The notes beneath the pieces are model-generated. The model saw only the letters and a list, made by a program, of their open reading frames with translations. It had not been told where the DNA came from and made no database searches. Below are positions 14,495 to 27,500 of a stretch of DNA of 64,000 nucleotides, piece by piece (position 1 is the stretch's first letter; every line of letters starts with the position of its first letter). The DNA is from Priapulus caudatus. Its lineage: Eukaryota. The position numbers were made by a program, and so were the translations under genes. Location: NCBI RefSeq assembly GCF_000485595.1, contig NW_014577061.1, positions 492,824 to 556,823 of the forward strand, in the 5' to 3' direction.

Positions 14495-17400
14495 ACATGT
14501 GTCCTAAGTTTGTCGTGTCTCTCTCTTGCCACCGGCAGTCACCGCGACGGACGCCGACAGCTACCAGAACGGCAAGATCACGTACGAGCTGTCGGACACG
14601 CAGAACTTCACGATCCGCAACGAGGACGGAGCGATCCTCAGCAAGCGCAAGCTCGACTACGAGATCCCCGGCCACAAGTACGAGTTCCAGGTGATGGCGA
14701 GCGACAGCGGCACGCCGTCCAAGTCATCGCCGGCCGTCGTGCGCATCTTCATGAAGAATCAGAATGACGAGGCACCGAGGTGAGCGGCGGAGCGATGGCT
14801 CCCGTGAAGTCCGTTCGTCGATGTGTCGCTTCGTCCAGTTCTTCGCCCTTCCGATTTGATATCATCATTCCTTCCTTTCTTTCCGCATCTTTATGAAGAA
14901 TCAAAATGACGAGGCACCGAGGTAAGCGGCAGAGCAGTGGCTCCCGCACGCGCGTTTGTCATCATGATCTCGCTCTCCCACTCTCTCACCCTTCCCTTCT
15001 CTCTCTCTCTCTCTCCGATTTCCCTCTTTCACACCCTCTTTTTATGACCCTCATTACTTATTTTTCTCCGCCTATATCTCGTGCTCTTTTTCACTCTTCT
15101 GATGCTTTGATCCCCTTTTGGTTTCTTTTCTTGCCTCTTGATTTTCCATCCTGTAGGCACTAGAACGCATTGCGCTCCACGTATTGAACATGTTGTAACA
15201 CGAAGGCTTTGCGCTGCGTACTTGTCACGAAGTCCGTTCGTCGATGCATCGCTTCGCTTCGTGTGCCTCTTTTGCCTTCCAATTTTGCTCTCCGATCTTG
15301 AATGAATTTCCATTTTCATGAACTCTCCCCTTCATGAAGAATATCAGATTTGATCCTCTTTTGGTTTCTTTCTTGCCTGTCGTTCTCCATCCTTTAGGCA
15401 CTTTAACACATTGCGTTCTGAGTATTGAACATGACTTGCAACCCTTGCTCCACGCAGGTTCTCTCAGAGCGTCTACATCACAAACGTCGCCAAGGTGATC
15501 CTTTGATCCTCTTTTGGTTTCTTCCTTGCCTCTCGATCTCAATCCTTTAGGCACTCTGCGTGGCAGGCAACACACTGTGTTCTAAGTATTGAACACAACC
15601 CTTTACCCTTGCTCCACAGGTTCTCTCAGAGCGTCTACATCACGAACGTCGCCGAGGACGCGAAGCCCGGCGCGCTCGTCACGACGCTGAACGCCGTCGA
15701 CCCGGACGGTGACAAGGTCACCTACCAGTTCAAGGATGGCCAGCTGGAGTCGCGCGAGTTCAAGATCGACCCGCAGACGGGCGTGCTGCGGCTGAAGGAC
15801 TCGGACGTGTCGCTCAGCGAGCCCTACTACACGCTCAACGTCACGGCGAAGGACGACGGCTCGTGCTGCGCGGGCGACTCGCCCGAGCACTTCTCCGAGG
15901 CGCTCGTCACCGTGCGCGTCATCGACGTCAACAACAACAAGCCCGTCTTCCCCAACTGCACACTCTACCGGCCGAAGGTGCCCGAGAACTCGCCCGCGGG
16001 AACGTTCGTGCTGCAGGTACGTACGCGCGTGCGAGAGAGTGTGTGTGGGGACCGGTTTAAAATTCTACGGGTTGTTGTCCTACGTGTCGTTGGTCCTACG
16101 GATCGCTGGCCCGAATATATAAGGTGCCCGAGAACTCACCCGCGGGAACGTTCGTGCTGCAGGTACGTACGCGCGTGCGAGAGAGTGTGTGTGGGGACCG
16201 GTTTAAAATCCTACGGGTTGTTGTCCTACGTGTCGTTGGTCCTACGGATCGCTGGCCCGAATATATAAGGTGCCCGAGAACTCACCCGCGGGAACGTTCG
16301 TGCTGCAGGTACGTGCCTGCGTGCGAGAGTGTTTGGGGGACCGGTCTAAAATCCTACGGGTCGTTGGTCCTATGGGTCTATAATCCTACGGGTCGTTGGT
16401 CCTACAGAGAGGGGGAGAGAGCGAGAGAAAGAGAGAGAGACAGAAAAAGGGTGATATAAGCACGCTTGTGTGCAGCTCTACCCGTGTGCCGGTTCGCTCT
16501 CGCTACAGGGCACCCCGCGTGACGTTCTCTTGTTGTTCTGCGCAGGTGACGGCGACGGACGACGACACGGGCGACAACGGCCGCGTGCGATACAAGATCG
16601 AGTCGCGCGACACGGTGGCGCAGGAGCCGTTCCGCATCGACGAGGACACGGGCATCATCACGACGCGCATCCCGTTCGACCGCGAGGAGAAGAACCATCG
16701 ACAGATCACCGTGACGGCGACGGACAGGGCGCCGCGACAGCTCATCGGCGTCTGCACGTTCGTCGTCGATATAACGGGTTCGTCTGCGCTCGCGGCGTTT
16801 CGTCGCTGCCGGCGCATTTCGTAGTTTGCGTTCGGCTTCGGAGACGATTGCCGGAGAACGATTCGGTTCTTGTAATAATTCGGCATGTTCGTGGCATTCT
16901 TCAAGGCAATACTAGAACGGAGTAGCATTGTAGGTTTACTGGTTCGCCAAAGGGAGACCTCTGAATTTGAGCATGTGCAATCGAGTAGCTTGGGGGTGTA
17001 CGCCTTTCTCCTGTGTCATAATCATATGCACATGATATTAAATTATATATGGATAGGTAGATATAATATATGATATATAATATGGATATGGTATATATAG
17101 ATATATAGATATAAGATAGTGTTGCACTAAGAAATGATAAACAGAGGACTTGGCACAATCTCTGGTACTGAGCCCGTATGGTAGTGACGTCACATGTACA
17201 TGCGCTCCCAGCTTCTGACGGCTACTTTTCTGTCCCTTTGAAGATGACAATGACAACGAGCCGAAGTTCTCGTCGACCGAATACGACACGCCCGTGCCGG
17301 AGAGGTCAGAGGTCGGACGCAGCTTCCTCCGGGTCGCCGCGCAGGACGTGGACGTCGGGCAGAATGCCGAGATCGGCTACTCTCTCATCGACACGTCCGG

Positions 17401-19334
17401 TTTCTTCAGCATCAACCCGCAGACGGGCTGGATCTACGTGAAGCGCCCGCTCACTCAGGTACGTACGCGCTCCACCCAGGTACGCGCACCACCCAGGTAC
17501 GCACGCGCTCACTCAGGTACGCGCACCACCCAGGTACGCGCTCACTCAGGTACGCACACCACCCAGGTACGCACTCACTCAGGTACGCGCTCACTCAGGT
17601 ATGCACTCACTCAGGTGCGTGCACCACTCAGGTACGCGCTCACTCAGGTACGCGCATTACCCAGGGACAGGAATTGTCCTCGATCTGAGAAATTTCTCGG
17701 ATTTGACGGTCCCTGGGGTGTTGATTTTGTGAAACGTCTAAATTTGATGAGAAAGGGTTAGAGGGGCGGATAAGGTTAAGAATGTGATGAATTGTCCTCG
17801 GATCCGAGAAATTTCTCGGATTTGACAGTCCCTGGGGTCGATTTTGTGAAATGTCTGAATATGACGAGAAAGAATTTAGGGGGGTGGGGGGAGGTAAAGG
17901 GTAATAATGTAAAATCTGTATTTCAACTCTCAACAGTAGCTTTATTCAATAAGATTCCTCTCTGTTACATGTACACATAATGTGAGAATGTGTGTGTAAT
18001 ATAACAATAACACAAATGAGTTTGTAGTTATCAACAGGTAAAACACATTGTATTAGAAGTGCGTGAATAGTTGGCTTCCCCCCCCCCCGACTCGCGCCCT
18101 CCTGATTTTCTCTAAAAAATGAAATTCTTCATAATCATCCCTGGCTACTCAAGCTCGTAGCAGTGAAGGGGAAATTTAAGTGCGGGTTCTAATTTAGCCA
18201 CAGTGCTAATGCATTTTAATAATGAAATTATGTCAAATAATTTGCTAATGCTGTGTATGTTTTGTCGTGTGTTAACAATTTGCCAACACGTTGCTAACAA
18301 TGTGTAGATTAACAGCAAAACTTGTTTCTTAAAAATTAATTACAGTTATGGGCAGTTATTAAAAGTTTTGGGCATTATAATAATAATTATTATTATTATC
18401 ATCATCATCATCATTAATAATATCCGGTTTTAACGTGTGATGTGTGGTATGAGTAAAATATTAGCAACATACGTGCAAATTTAGAATTCAGTTTAAAGTT
18501 GTAAATGTCACGATGAGGAGCTGGGGTTAGCCGCTAGGGGATCTATAGGGGTCTTGCACCACTACAGAGGTGCTGCCCTACAGCAGCGACTTTTTCTAGC
18601 GGCTAACATCATTGTTTCACGTTTAATCTGCAGGTGAAGGAAGTGCAAGCGATCGCCGTGGCGACGGATAAAGGTGTGCCGGCGCGGTCGAGCAACGTGA
18701 AGATACGCATCGTCATCACTGATCGCACGGGGAGTAATCCACCGCAGTGGGTGGGGGCACCCTATCCACCGGTCTTCATCTCAGAAAACATCCCAGTTGG
18801 CAGTGAGGTGGCGACTATCAAGGCTCGGTCAGACTACTTTGCAGATCCCAGACTTCTGTACGACATCGTGCCCGGAAGTACGAGGTATGCGTGCCGCTCA
18901 TTAAGAACCGACGAGACCTATACTAGCTCATCTCTAGCCGGCGCTAACGATTTTCTTCTTTGCCGTAACGAGACCGAGAATACTAAGTGAAAGTGTTTTG
19001 TTTCACTGTTTAATTATGTGTTTAATTAAGTGGCAATGTGAGATGTGGATCAGGTGGCAATGGAAACTTGTAACCGCTGTCTGTAACTCTCCGTTAACTT
19101 GCGTTTTGTTACTTTACGTGTAAGTGCTGAATATCGGATTCTGCAAACAAGACATCTTTTAAGCATGGAATCACATCTTGGTGCATGTCCTTGTGCCTTT
19201 TAAATACTTTCTCGCATTTTCTCACATCATTTATAGCTCTGGCAGGTTGTTTAACGGCTAGGTGTGCGGGCCAATTTACATTTGCCACTCGGTTACCTGT
19301 GGCCAAACTCGTCATTGTAGCACTTGTTGTTAAA

Positions 19335-19398
<64 letters not shown>

Positions 19399-20607
19399 AA
19401 ATTACACCATTAGAGTGCTCATCGGCTGCCTCTGTCTTGTAGAGAGAAGAACTCTGAGCATCACTTCATCATGAGACCAGACTTCAAGGATGAGAATCAG
19501 GCTCACATTGTCGTCATTCGACCCCTGGACTACGAGAAAATGGCTGTTTTTAACCTGACCATCAGAGCAAAGGTAGATATATCTAGTAAATCACAGATAA
19601 CTTCGTATGGGGAGGGGGGGCGTACAACCGCACAACTGAGCCCTACAAAACAAATTAGTAAAGCTGATGATACACACACACGAATCTTTGATAGAATCCT
19701 CAGACGACTTGATTTTGCTTTCCAAAGCAGGGATTCATGAGCAGTTGTACACACTGACGTGTGTAAAAGAACACAATTTGTGTCCCTCGGCAGCTTGCGA
19801 CTTGGAAGATTGTTCTACTCACTCATATGCCTGCTAAGTTCCTGGCTAAACTCGTGTGTGTATCCTTGGCTTAAGACAACTATAGGGTAGCTAGGTAGAC
19901 AACAAGGTGAACAACGGGCAAACTAAGGAGCAACACGCATGCTTACTTTTTTGTGCTCCCAATATCTAGCCTTCTAACTGGTATTTTTAGCCTTCTAACT
20001 GGTATTTTTAGCCTTCTAACTGGTATCTATGGCTAGCTGACTAATATTTGTAGTCTATTGTCTCTAGTATTGTATCTAACTGATATTTACAATCATCTAA
20101 CTGGTATGAATATCTACCTATCTTGTGATTCTACAATTTCGCGAGTGGTTAATTTTGCTGTCGGTGAATTATGAATTATTCGGTATGAATTATTCGCATG
20201 TTGTGTTATTTTCGCGGTCGGGGACGCATTCGCAAAATTTGCGAAAATTAAACCACCGCGAAATATACAGCATATACAGTATCTGGTATGTATAGCCATT
20301 TCACTGGTATGTGTAGCCTATATATTATAACTTGTATTTCTACCCATATAACCATATATATTTGGTCTATTTCAGAATAATGCACAGGTGCAGCTGTCCA
20401 ACGTTACGTACCTCATCATCAACCTGCAGGATGAGAATGACAATGCGCCGCAGTTCACGCTTGACCCGTACCCAGCCAGTGTGCCAGAAGACTCGCCCAT
20501 AGGTACCTCTGTCATCCAGGTGAAAGCTGAAGACATCGACAGCCTAGGACCCAATAGTCACGTACGTAACACAGTTGGGCTGTGTGATGTGTTGGTGATA
20601 TTATGTG

Positions 20608-20653
<46 letters not shown>

Positions 20654-21492
20654 GCTAACTCATTAATGTAATTGTTACGAGAGTTTTCCATTGTTTTTCC
20701 CACTTTCATGATACCTATCGTTATTGCTTGAGTAACAGCAATTGTCTAGAGTAATGATGAAATGTCTTAGAACGTTCGTATTCACCAAAATATGCACGAT
20801 TACAACTTTTGTTTACTGATTTCGTTTCTGTTGCCATCTCTGGCTGCAGTAGAAAATAGTCGCACCGCGGCAGTTTTGGTCCGAGTGTAAACACAGAGGT
20901 TCAGACTAGCGTACGGGGAGTGTAATACTGATGCCCGGTGAAGAAACTGATCGCCAAGGCTCATTCGGAACCCTTTCCGACTCACATAGCTCTGGTTTGA
21001 CCAAAAACGTCTTCTTTTCTTCTCTGAACTCCAAAGTACACGCCCTACTGCTTCCATTGTTGTTTGATTTACATTCACACACATATACATGCCCTTTGTT
21101 TTAATTATGTGCACTTGTTGTGAAGGCGCCATTTGTGATTTTGTGAGTCGGCATACGATAAAATTTATTGCTGTTACGATGTGGTCAAATCCATTTTTCT
21201 ATGCTATAACTGCATAAAATCTTAGTGTTTTTAATGTTGGTGTAATCAGTGATATTTCCGCTGTCAGGTGAGACTATATTCAGCTATATTTAGTATTTCT
21301 GAGCAAAAATCTCGTAATAATCAGTTTAATGCATTTTAATATACGTACAAGGTCAATTTAGCATCTTCATAAAACTAATTAGTTTAAACGGGGTTTCTCA
21401 TTAAAACCCATATTATAATGCAGGATGAAGTTTGCAATGTATTGCCTTTTCTCTGAAATTATGCAATGACCAATTCCAATGTATACATGTGG

Positions 21493-21531
<39 letters not shown>

Positions 21532-24500
21532 GGTATATATAAGTGTATATATTGTTCCGAGCTATTTTCAGCGTGTTACCAGCATGTGTATAATAGATGT
21601 GTGTGTGTCTCTGGATTTAACGTAGCCTATGTTTGTTCCATGCAGGTTATCTATGAAATCATGAGGGATGGACCGACGGACGAGGGGAGAGCATTTTCGA
21701 TTGACTCGGAAAGTGGTATACTGAGAACGGCCGAAGAATTTGACAGAGAAAAGAAGCAGTTGTACCTGATTCGCGTGCTAGCAAAAGATAGAGCCCCCTC
21801 CACGTGGCCAAACAGGCAGGGCAGTCCGAATGAAGGTCAGAACTGGCGTGTAGTGGTGCCGTTTGTAAAATAATAGTTACCACTGGTCGTCGTTGGGTTT
21901 TTCGTTTCGGTCAGTGTCCGGTGGTCACATGTTCTGTCAGTTCACGGCAATGCTGAATAGACAATGGGTGTTTACATGTTCACACAGTGCCTACAGTGCT
22001 CATCCTCGAAGCGATGCGTGATACCATATTCTATTAATGTATGTTGTTTATATGAACGTGTTTTCAGTTGACATCGTTGTGTGAAACGGTTACCGTCAGA
22101 TTTCTCTTCTTGAAAAAATATTTTCATATTTTTCCCACCAGGTGGTGCTTACGTGCGTGTCATGGTGGAGGATGTGAACGATAACGTGCCATTCTTCAGT
22201 AAGAAACTCTTTGAGGCCGAGGTGAACGAGGATGCACCGAAGGGCACTATCGTCATCGAGGTCACCGCAAAAGATCGCGACGAAGGTGGGTCGATGCGGT
22301 GACGTGTACACACTTGCTCGTAATTCGATGTCATAAATTGGCCGATGAGACTGACAGACCTGAGATGATTATAAATTTGTGATGACCTTCAAATATCAAA
22401 TTTGATTCACCTATCGTATAATAGCTAGTGAAAATCATTTTCTGTGATAAAAAAAAAGGTAAGAAATGCTCGATTTAGGTAAACCTTTGATGTACACTTT
22501 TTATGTTTGTCTTTTTCCATGCACAACCTTGGTGCTGAATACAAAATGACGAGCATGCATTTGTTTCAGTTACACACTTGAGGTACCAGCTCACAACTGG
22601 AAACATAGGCGGTGTCTTTGATGTCAACAACGAAACGGGCGAGATAAGAGTGCAAGGAGAACTAGACTATGATGAAGGCATACAGGTAACACTCATAAGG
22701 TGTTGTTGTTGCTGTACTGCATGGCCGTGTGTGTATGGGTGCGTGTGTGGGTGGGTGCGTGTAGCGTGTGTGTGTGCATGTGTCTGCGGGTGTGTGTATA
22801 TATCTGTGCGTGTGTGTGTTTGTGTGAGGGTGTGTGCGTGTGTTTGCATGTGTGTCACGCGATCACCCTATTGGTGGATTGTGGTGGCGTATGAGGGGGG
22901 GGGGCTCTGGCTACTGGTTGTAGCTACTGCGAAAACATCCTGAGGTGGCCAAGGCAGGCTTGATGCTAAAAGCACAAATCTCTCAACAGTGCTGTATAGC
23001 AAGAGGTATGCACACAAGGTTATCAATCAAGCGCTGGTGCTTCAGATTTCTAATTCTAAACTTGATCTTGGAACACACTTATAATCGATGTCTTTCTCAA
23101 CGTTAACTGCGGCATTATTATGTACATGGTGTGATGAATGTTTAATGGCATTAATTAGTAGACCTAAGTGGCAATCGTTGGAATGCTGTCATGTTGTACA
23201 CGTGTGGCTACTTGCATTATATTGAGGGAGAGAGGCTCAAAATGTCAATTTCTAATTCTAATTAGAGGCAAGGGTAATTGCAAGATGCATACTGTTATCT
23301 CTTCCTCTCTCTCTCGCTCTCTTTCTCTCTCTCTCTCTCAATGTACACTGTGGCTTGAACTCAAACTGCTATGGTAGCAGTTTGAGTTCAAATGCTCGCG
23401 CACATCGGAGCACCTTATTGCTTTGTTTTGCACCATTCTAGGGGTGCTTCTTCCTGGTAAGTAGAACAAACATTTCCACCACCCGATCTGTATGTTCATT
23501 TTTTTCTTGTAATCACTAGCGACATCTGTAGGAGTGAAACCAGACTAACAGATCATGCGGCATCGTTTGTTTCAGTCACGTCCGATGCATGCACAGGCGC
23601 TTTGTGCAGACAGTTGTAATAAACTGGCAGGCTCCGTGCGTGATGCTTGCCAGCACCTGCCGCTGAGGCGCCCACAGTACTTCACCCTGCGGGCAATATT
23701 AGCGGCTATCGCAGAGCGGTTTTTTTTCGTCTTGCTACACGTAATGTCGTCGTTCGAAACGAACGTTCCAAAAAAAACGGGAACGATCGTGGAAAAAAAA
23801 CAGTTATCCAGTCAATGATCAGGATTTTGCGCAAAAGTATACACACCTTGTTTCGTAGCTGTGTTTCATACACTGCCCACCGCTAGGCTTGCACTGGTGC
23901 TGTTGCCCACTTGTGTGCCAGTGTGGCTGTGCATATCAGACACTGTCATGAGTGAGGTGCAGACGGGTGTTTGGTGATTGTGTCGAGTGCCTCGGAGAAC
24001 CAGCGCGGCTTGGATTTGTAACCGTAAAACCCCCAAACCCTTCAAAAACTCAACTAATCAATAATTACCTTGGCGTGCTGGTGCCCTGAGGCACATGACA
24101 TAGTCAACTTATGCTCATTTGCGATGGTGATTAATTCTGTATTACCTCATATATTCAGTCACCTGTATTATATATAAACACATGCACGGCTGCGCACACA
24201 CATACACACGTCGTATACTCATGCACACGCAGAAGTATACGTGCACGCACGCAGCCACAACACACACAAAATGCGCGCGTGTATATACAGAAATACACAC
24301 GCACGCGTGCGAATGTACAAACGTGCCTGCTCACTGCACAAGTGCGCGCATGCGCGCACTCATGCACGCACACGCGGGTACACAACTGAGCATGGCAGTG
24401 GCAAAACCTGGAACGGGCAAGTTTTGGGGAAGGGGAAAAAGAGCACACGCGAATTTCTGCTTTGCTTGCGTGTGTCGGAAGTCTGTTGGTGTATTCTGTG

Positions 24501-27500
24501 GCTGCTGATGGCATATGAGGCAGTAGTCGCACGCTGGCCTGTTAGTTGATTAGTCTGTGCATGGAGCATGTGTCTGAGATCTGTTTGATTGCCGGCACCT
24601 TCTTTTCTGGGTGGCAAAACTGCTTCTTGCTCTGACATCGTGTGTAAAGCTACTGCATTCGTGTGCTTGCTTTCAGCATGCGCACCGTGCTTTTGCGCTG
24701 CTAACTTCTTGCCAGTGTGGGTCTGGTCGCGTGTGTTTGAACTTGAACGTCTTTGGATAAGGGAAACCTGGGTAAACGTGGAGTCTTTAGTTCATCTTAC
24801 CATTCTGTCTTGCACGCTGTCTAGTAATGGTCGTTACTCGTTTCTTCTGTATTTATACATTTGGGGAGGTTTTTGCGGTGGGGAAAGGGAATGTGTGTCG
24901 GTTGGTGTGTGGGGTTGCATGTGTGCCTTAGCATACGTCATGCGAATCAGCAACTGTGACGTCACGTGTGATAATCGTATTATGAGATGTTACAAAGCTG
25001 TCATTCACTCGGCTGTCACTCGCTGGCATCATTGTTGCAGAATCCTGTGATTTGATTGGATATTTATTAGGCAAACTCGCGCGCGGCGGTTGGAAGTACA
25101 GGTTTCGAGTCGGTTTTACCCCGACTAGTGTTTCCCCCCGACTAGTGTAACCGTTTGCGAAATAAGCTTCACGTTTATTACTGTAGGTGGCGCTCTCAAC
25201 GCCGAGGTCTGTAACTACTGATCGCAGGCCAAGTTTTGTTTACGATGTCGTTTCGCCCGATCACTGTAACTGCCAGCCATATCGTTTTCACGAGTGTTCG
25301 TGATCGGATGGCAGTGCGCGGGACACGAAGAGTCTGACGTGAGTGTCCGCCCTGGCGGTGTTCGTCCTTGTGTAGATATACAACCTGACGCTGGTGGCAT
25401 CCGACGGCAAGAACGAGAACGAAACGCTGATCCGCATCTACGTGCGGGACGTCAACGACAACCGTCCGATCTTCCTCACGCCGCAGTACGAGGCCAACAT
25501 CCCCGAAGAGATGAAAGAGGGCCTGCCGAAGAAGATCCTCCAGGTAGGTGGTCGTGGGCTTCCTCTCTGGAAGGTACGGTCGTGGTCGTCCTCTACGGAG
25601 ATCCTCTACGGATGTCCTCCTGTCTCTCCTTGGCATCTCCTCCCAAATGCTGGGCATGGGCTTCCTTTGACTGCGGCATCTCCTCCTAAATGCTGGGCGT
25701 GGGCTTCCTTTACACAGCGTACAGATGACTGATTGTCGCATAAACGTGGTTCTGCATTTTTTGGTGGAGCAGTTTCTTCGTGAAGGATACAGTTTGGGAG
25801 CAGGGGAATGTGGCTTCTTTTTTTGGTGGAGCAGTTTCTTCGTGAAGAATACAGATTTTAGGGGGAAATGTGGTTTCTTAGGGGAAACTAGGTATCTTAG
25901 GTGGAACATGATTTTTTGTGGTACGCAGTTTTCGACGAGAACGGAATTCTTTGGGGGTATTAAATTTCTTGTGGTATTTCATGAAAAGCTATCAATATCT
26001 TTAACAGTCGGTGAGGATTTTGCCTTGCATGCTTGCCTACTCAGACATGACTTCACAAGACGATTGAACATCAGTCAGCAGTTAGGCCAGCTTGAACTAT
26101 ATATTCTGTAATGCGCTACATATAATAGTGTTGATTCAATGAAATACCTGTTTACATTAGATTAGAAACCTGCTGTCCTTGTTTAATTGTGGTGCGACCT
26201 CCTAATTCTCTTATGCTGTCTTCGGCAGGCGGTGGCAAGAACAGATACGGAGCAGCGCGTGTCAGAACCTTGATGACCTTTGACCGCGAAGTCACGAAGC
26301 AGTTCAAGGTTCCAATCGTCATGGCTGATAGCGGCAATCCTCAGATGACAGGAACGAACACGCTCACTATCACCATTGGCGACAAGAATGACAATCCCCA
26401 CTACGCTGGCATCAAGGACATCTTTGTGTTCAACTACAAAAGTGAGTTGCCCTTGACATTTCCCTTGCCCTTGGCTATTCGTAACCAACCTAACAAACTA
26501 AACTCTTTTTTTTATTGTATGTGAGGGTTTAGTTTCATAATTTTCTAATTTGTTCATCATTTCGTGTGTAGCAATGTTGGTAGAAAATTGATGAAATAAT
26601 GCACATTTTTGGTTGATCAGGAATTTTTCGAGCATACTGGATGATTGGTCTGATAAAAGGTTTAAGAGAAAATGCATAATTGAATGTAATTACAATGTCA
26701 TTTCCGATCTCGAATAACTTTGTTGTGAGTACATCAGATCTAATTTCGGAGTATGGGAGTGAGACAGTAATGGGGAGTTGTCTATGCAGATAACATGCCA
26801 GAGACAGTCATTGGGACAGTCTATGCAGAGGATAAGGATGACTGGGACTTCAGCGACAAAGAGTTTACCTTTGCAGAAGGTGTTCCCACCTACTTCAAAC
26901 TAGGAAACAATTCGGGTGATGTTATCATCAGGTATGTTAATGCTTGCAATGAACTTATAATCTTAATCTTATGATCAATGATCTTTAATGCTGCCTATAC
27001 CAAAATTCCCTATCATAGTTTTAAGAGAGTTTAGCAGTATCATGTCTTCTATGGATTCTGTAAGTAAAATAAGGTCTCTTGGAATGTTGCCTTATGTTAC
27101 AGATGTGTCAGGCAGGCAGACTACCTTGTATTCAATGCAGTCTTCCTTGATAGTCACAGCACCCTTATTTAGCATGATATATATTGTACACTAGACACTG
27201 CTACAGACCGTGATGAATTACTCCATATGAATCCAGATTTTTTACTGTGTAGATTTTATTTTTTTACTGTTTTATATTATTTGTTTAATTTAATTAACTA
27301 TTTAATTAATTTGTAAATTAATAACTGCCGCTGCTTCAGGAACAACACACCAGCTGGGAAATACTCGTTCAAGGTGAATGTCTACGATCGGGTGTTCAGC
27401 AAAAACGTAGTCTCTACTGTCAACGTCGAGGTGAAGGGCATCTGGGACGACGCGGTTTTTAACTCAGGGTCTGTGCGAATAACAGGTACGTACGATAAAT

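Noticed and set aside
19185..19400. Poly-Cys ORF
   Set aside because: (TGT)n microsatellite.
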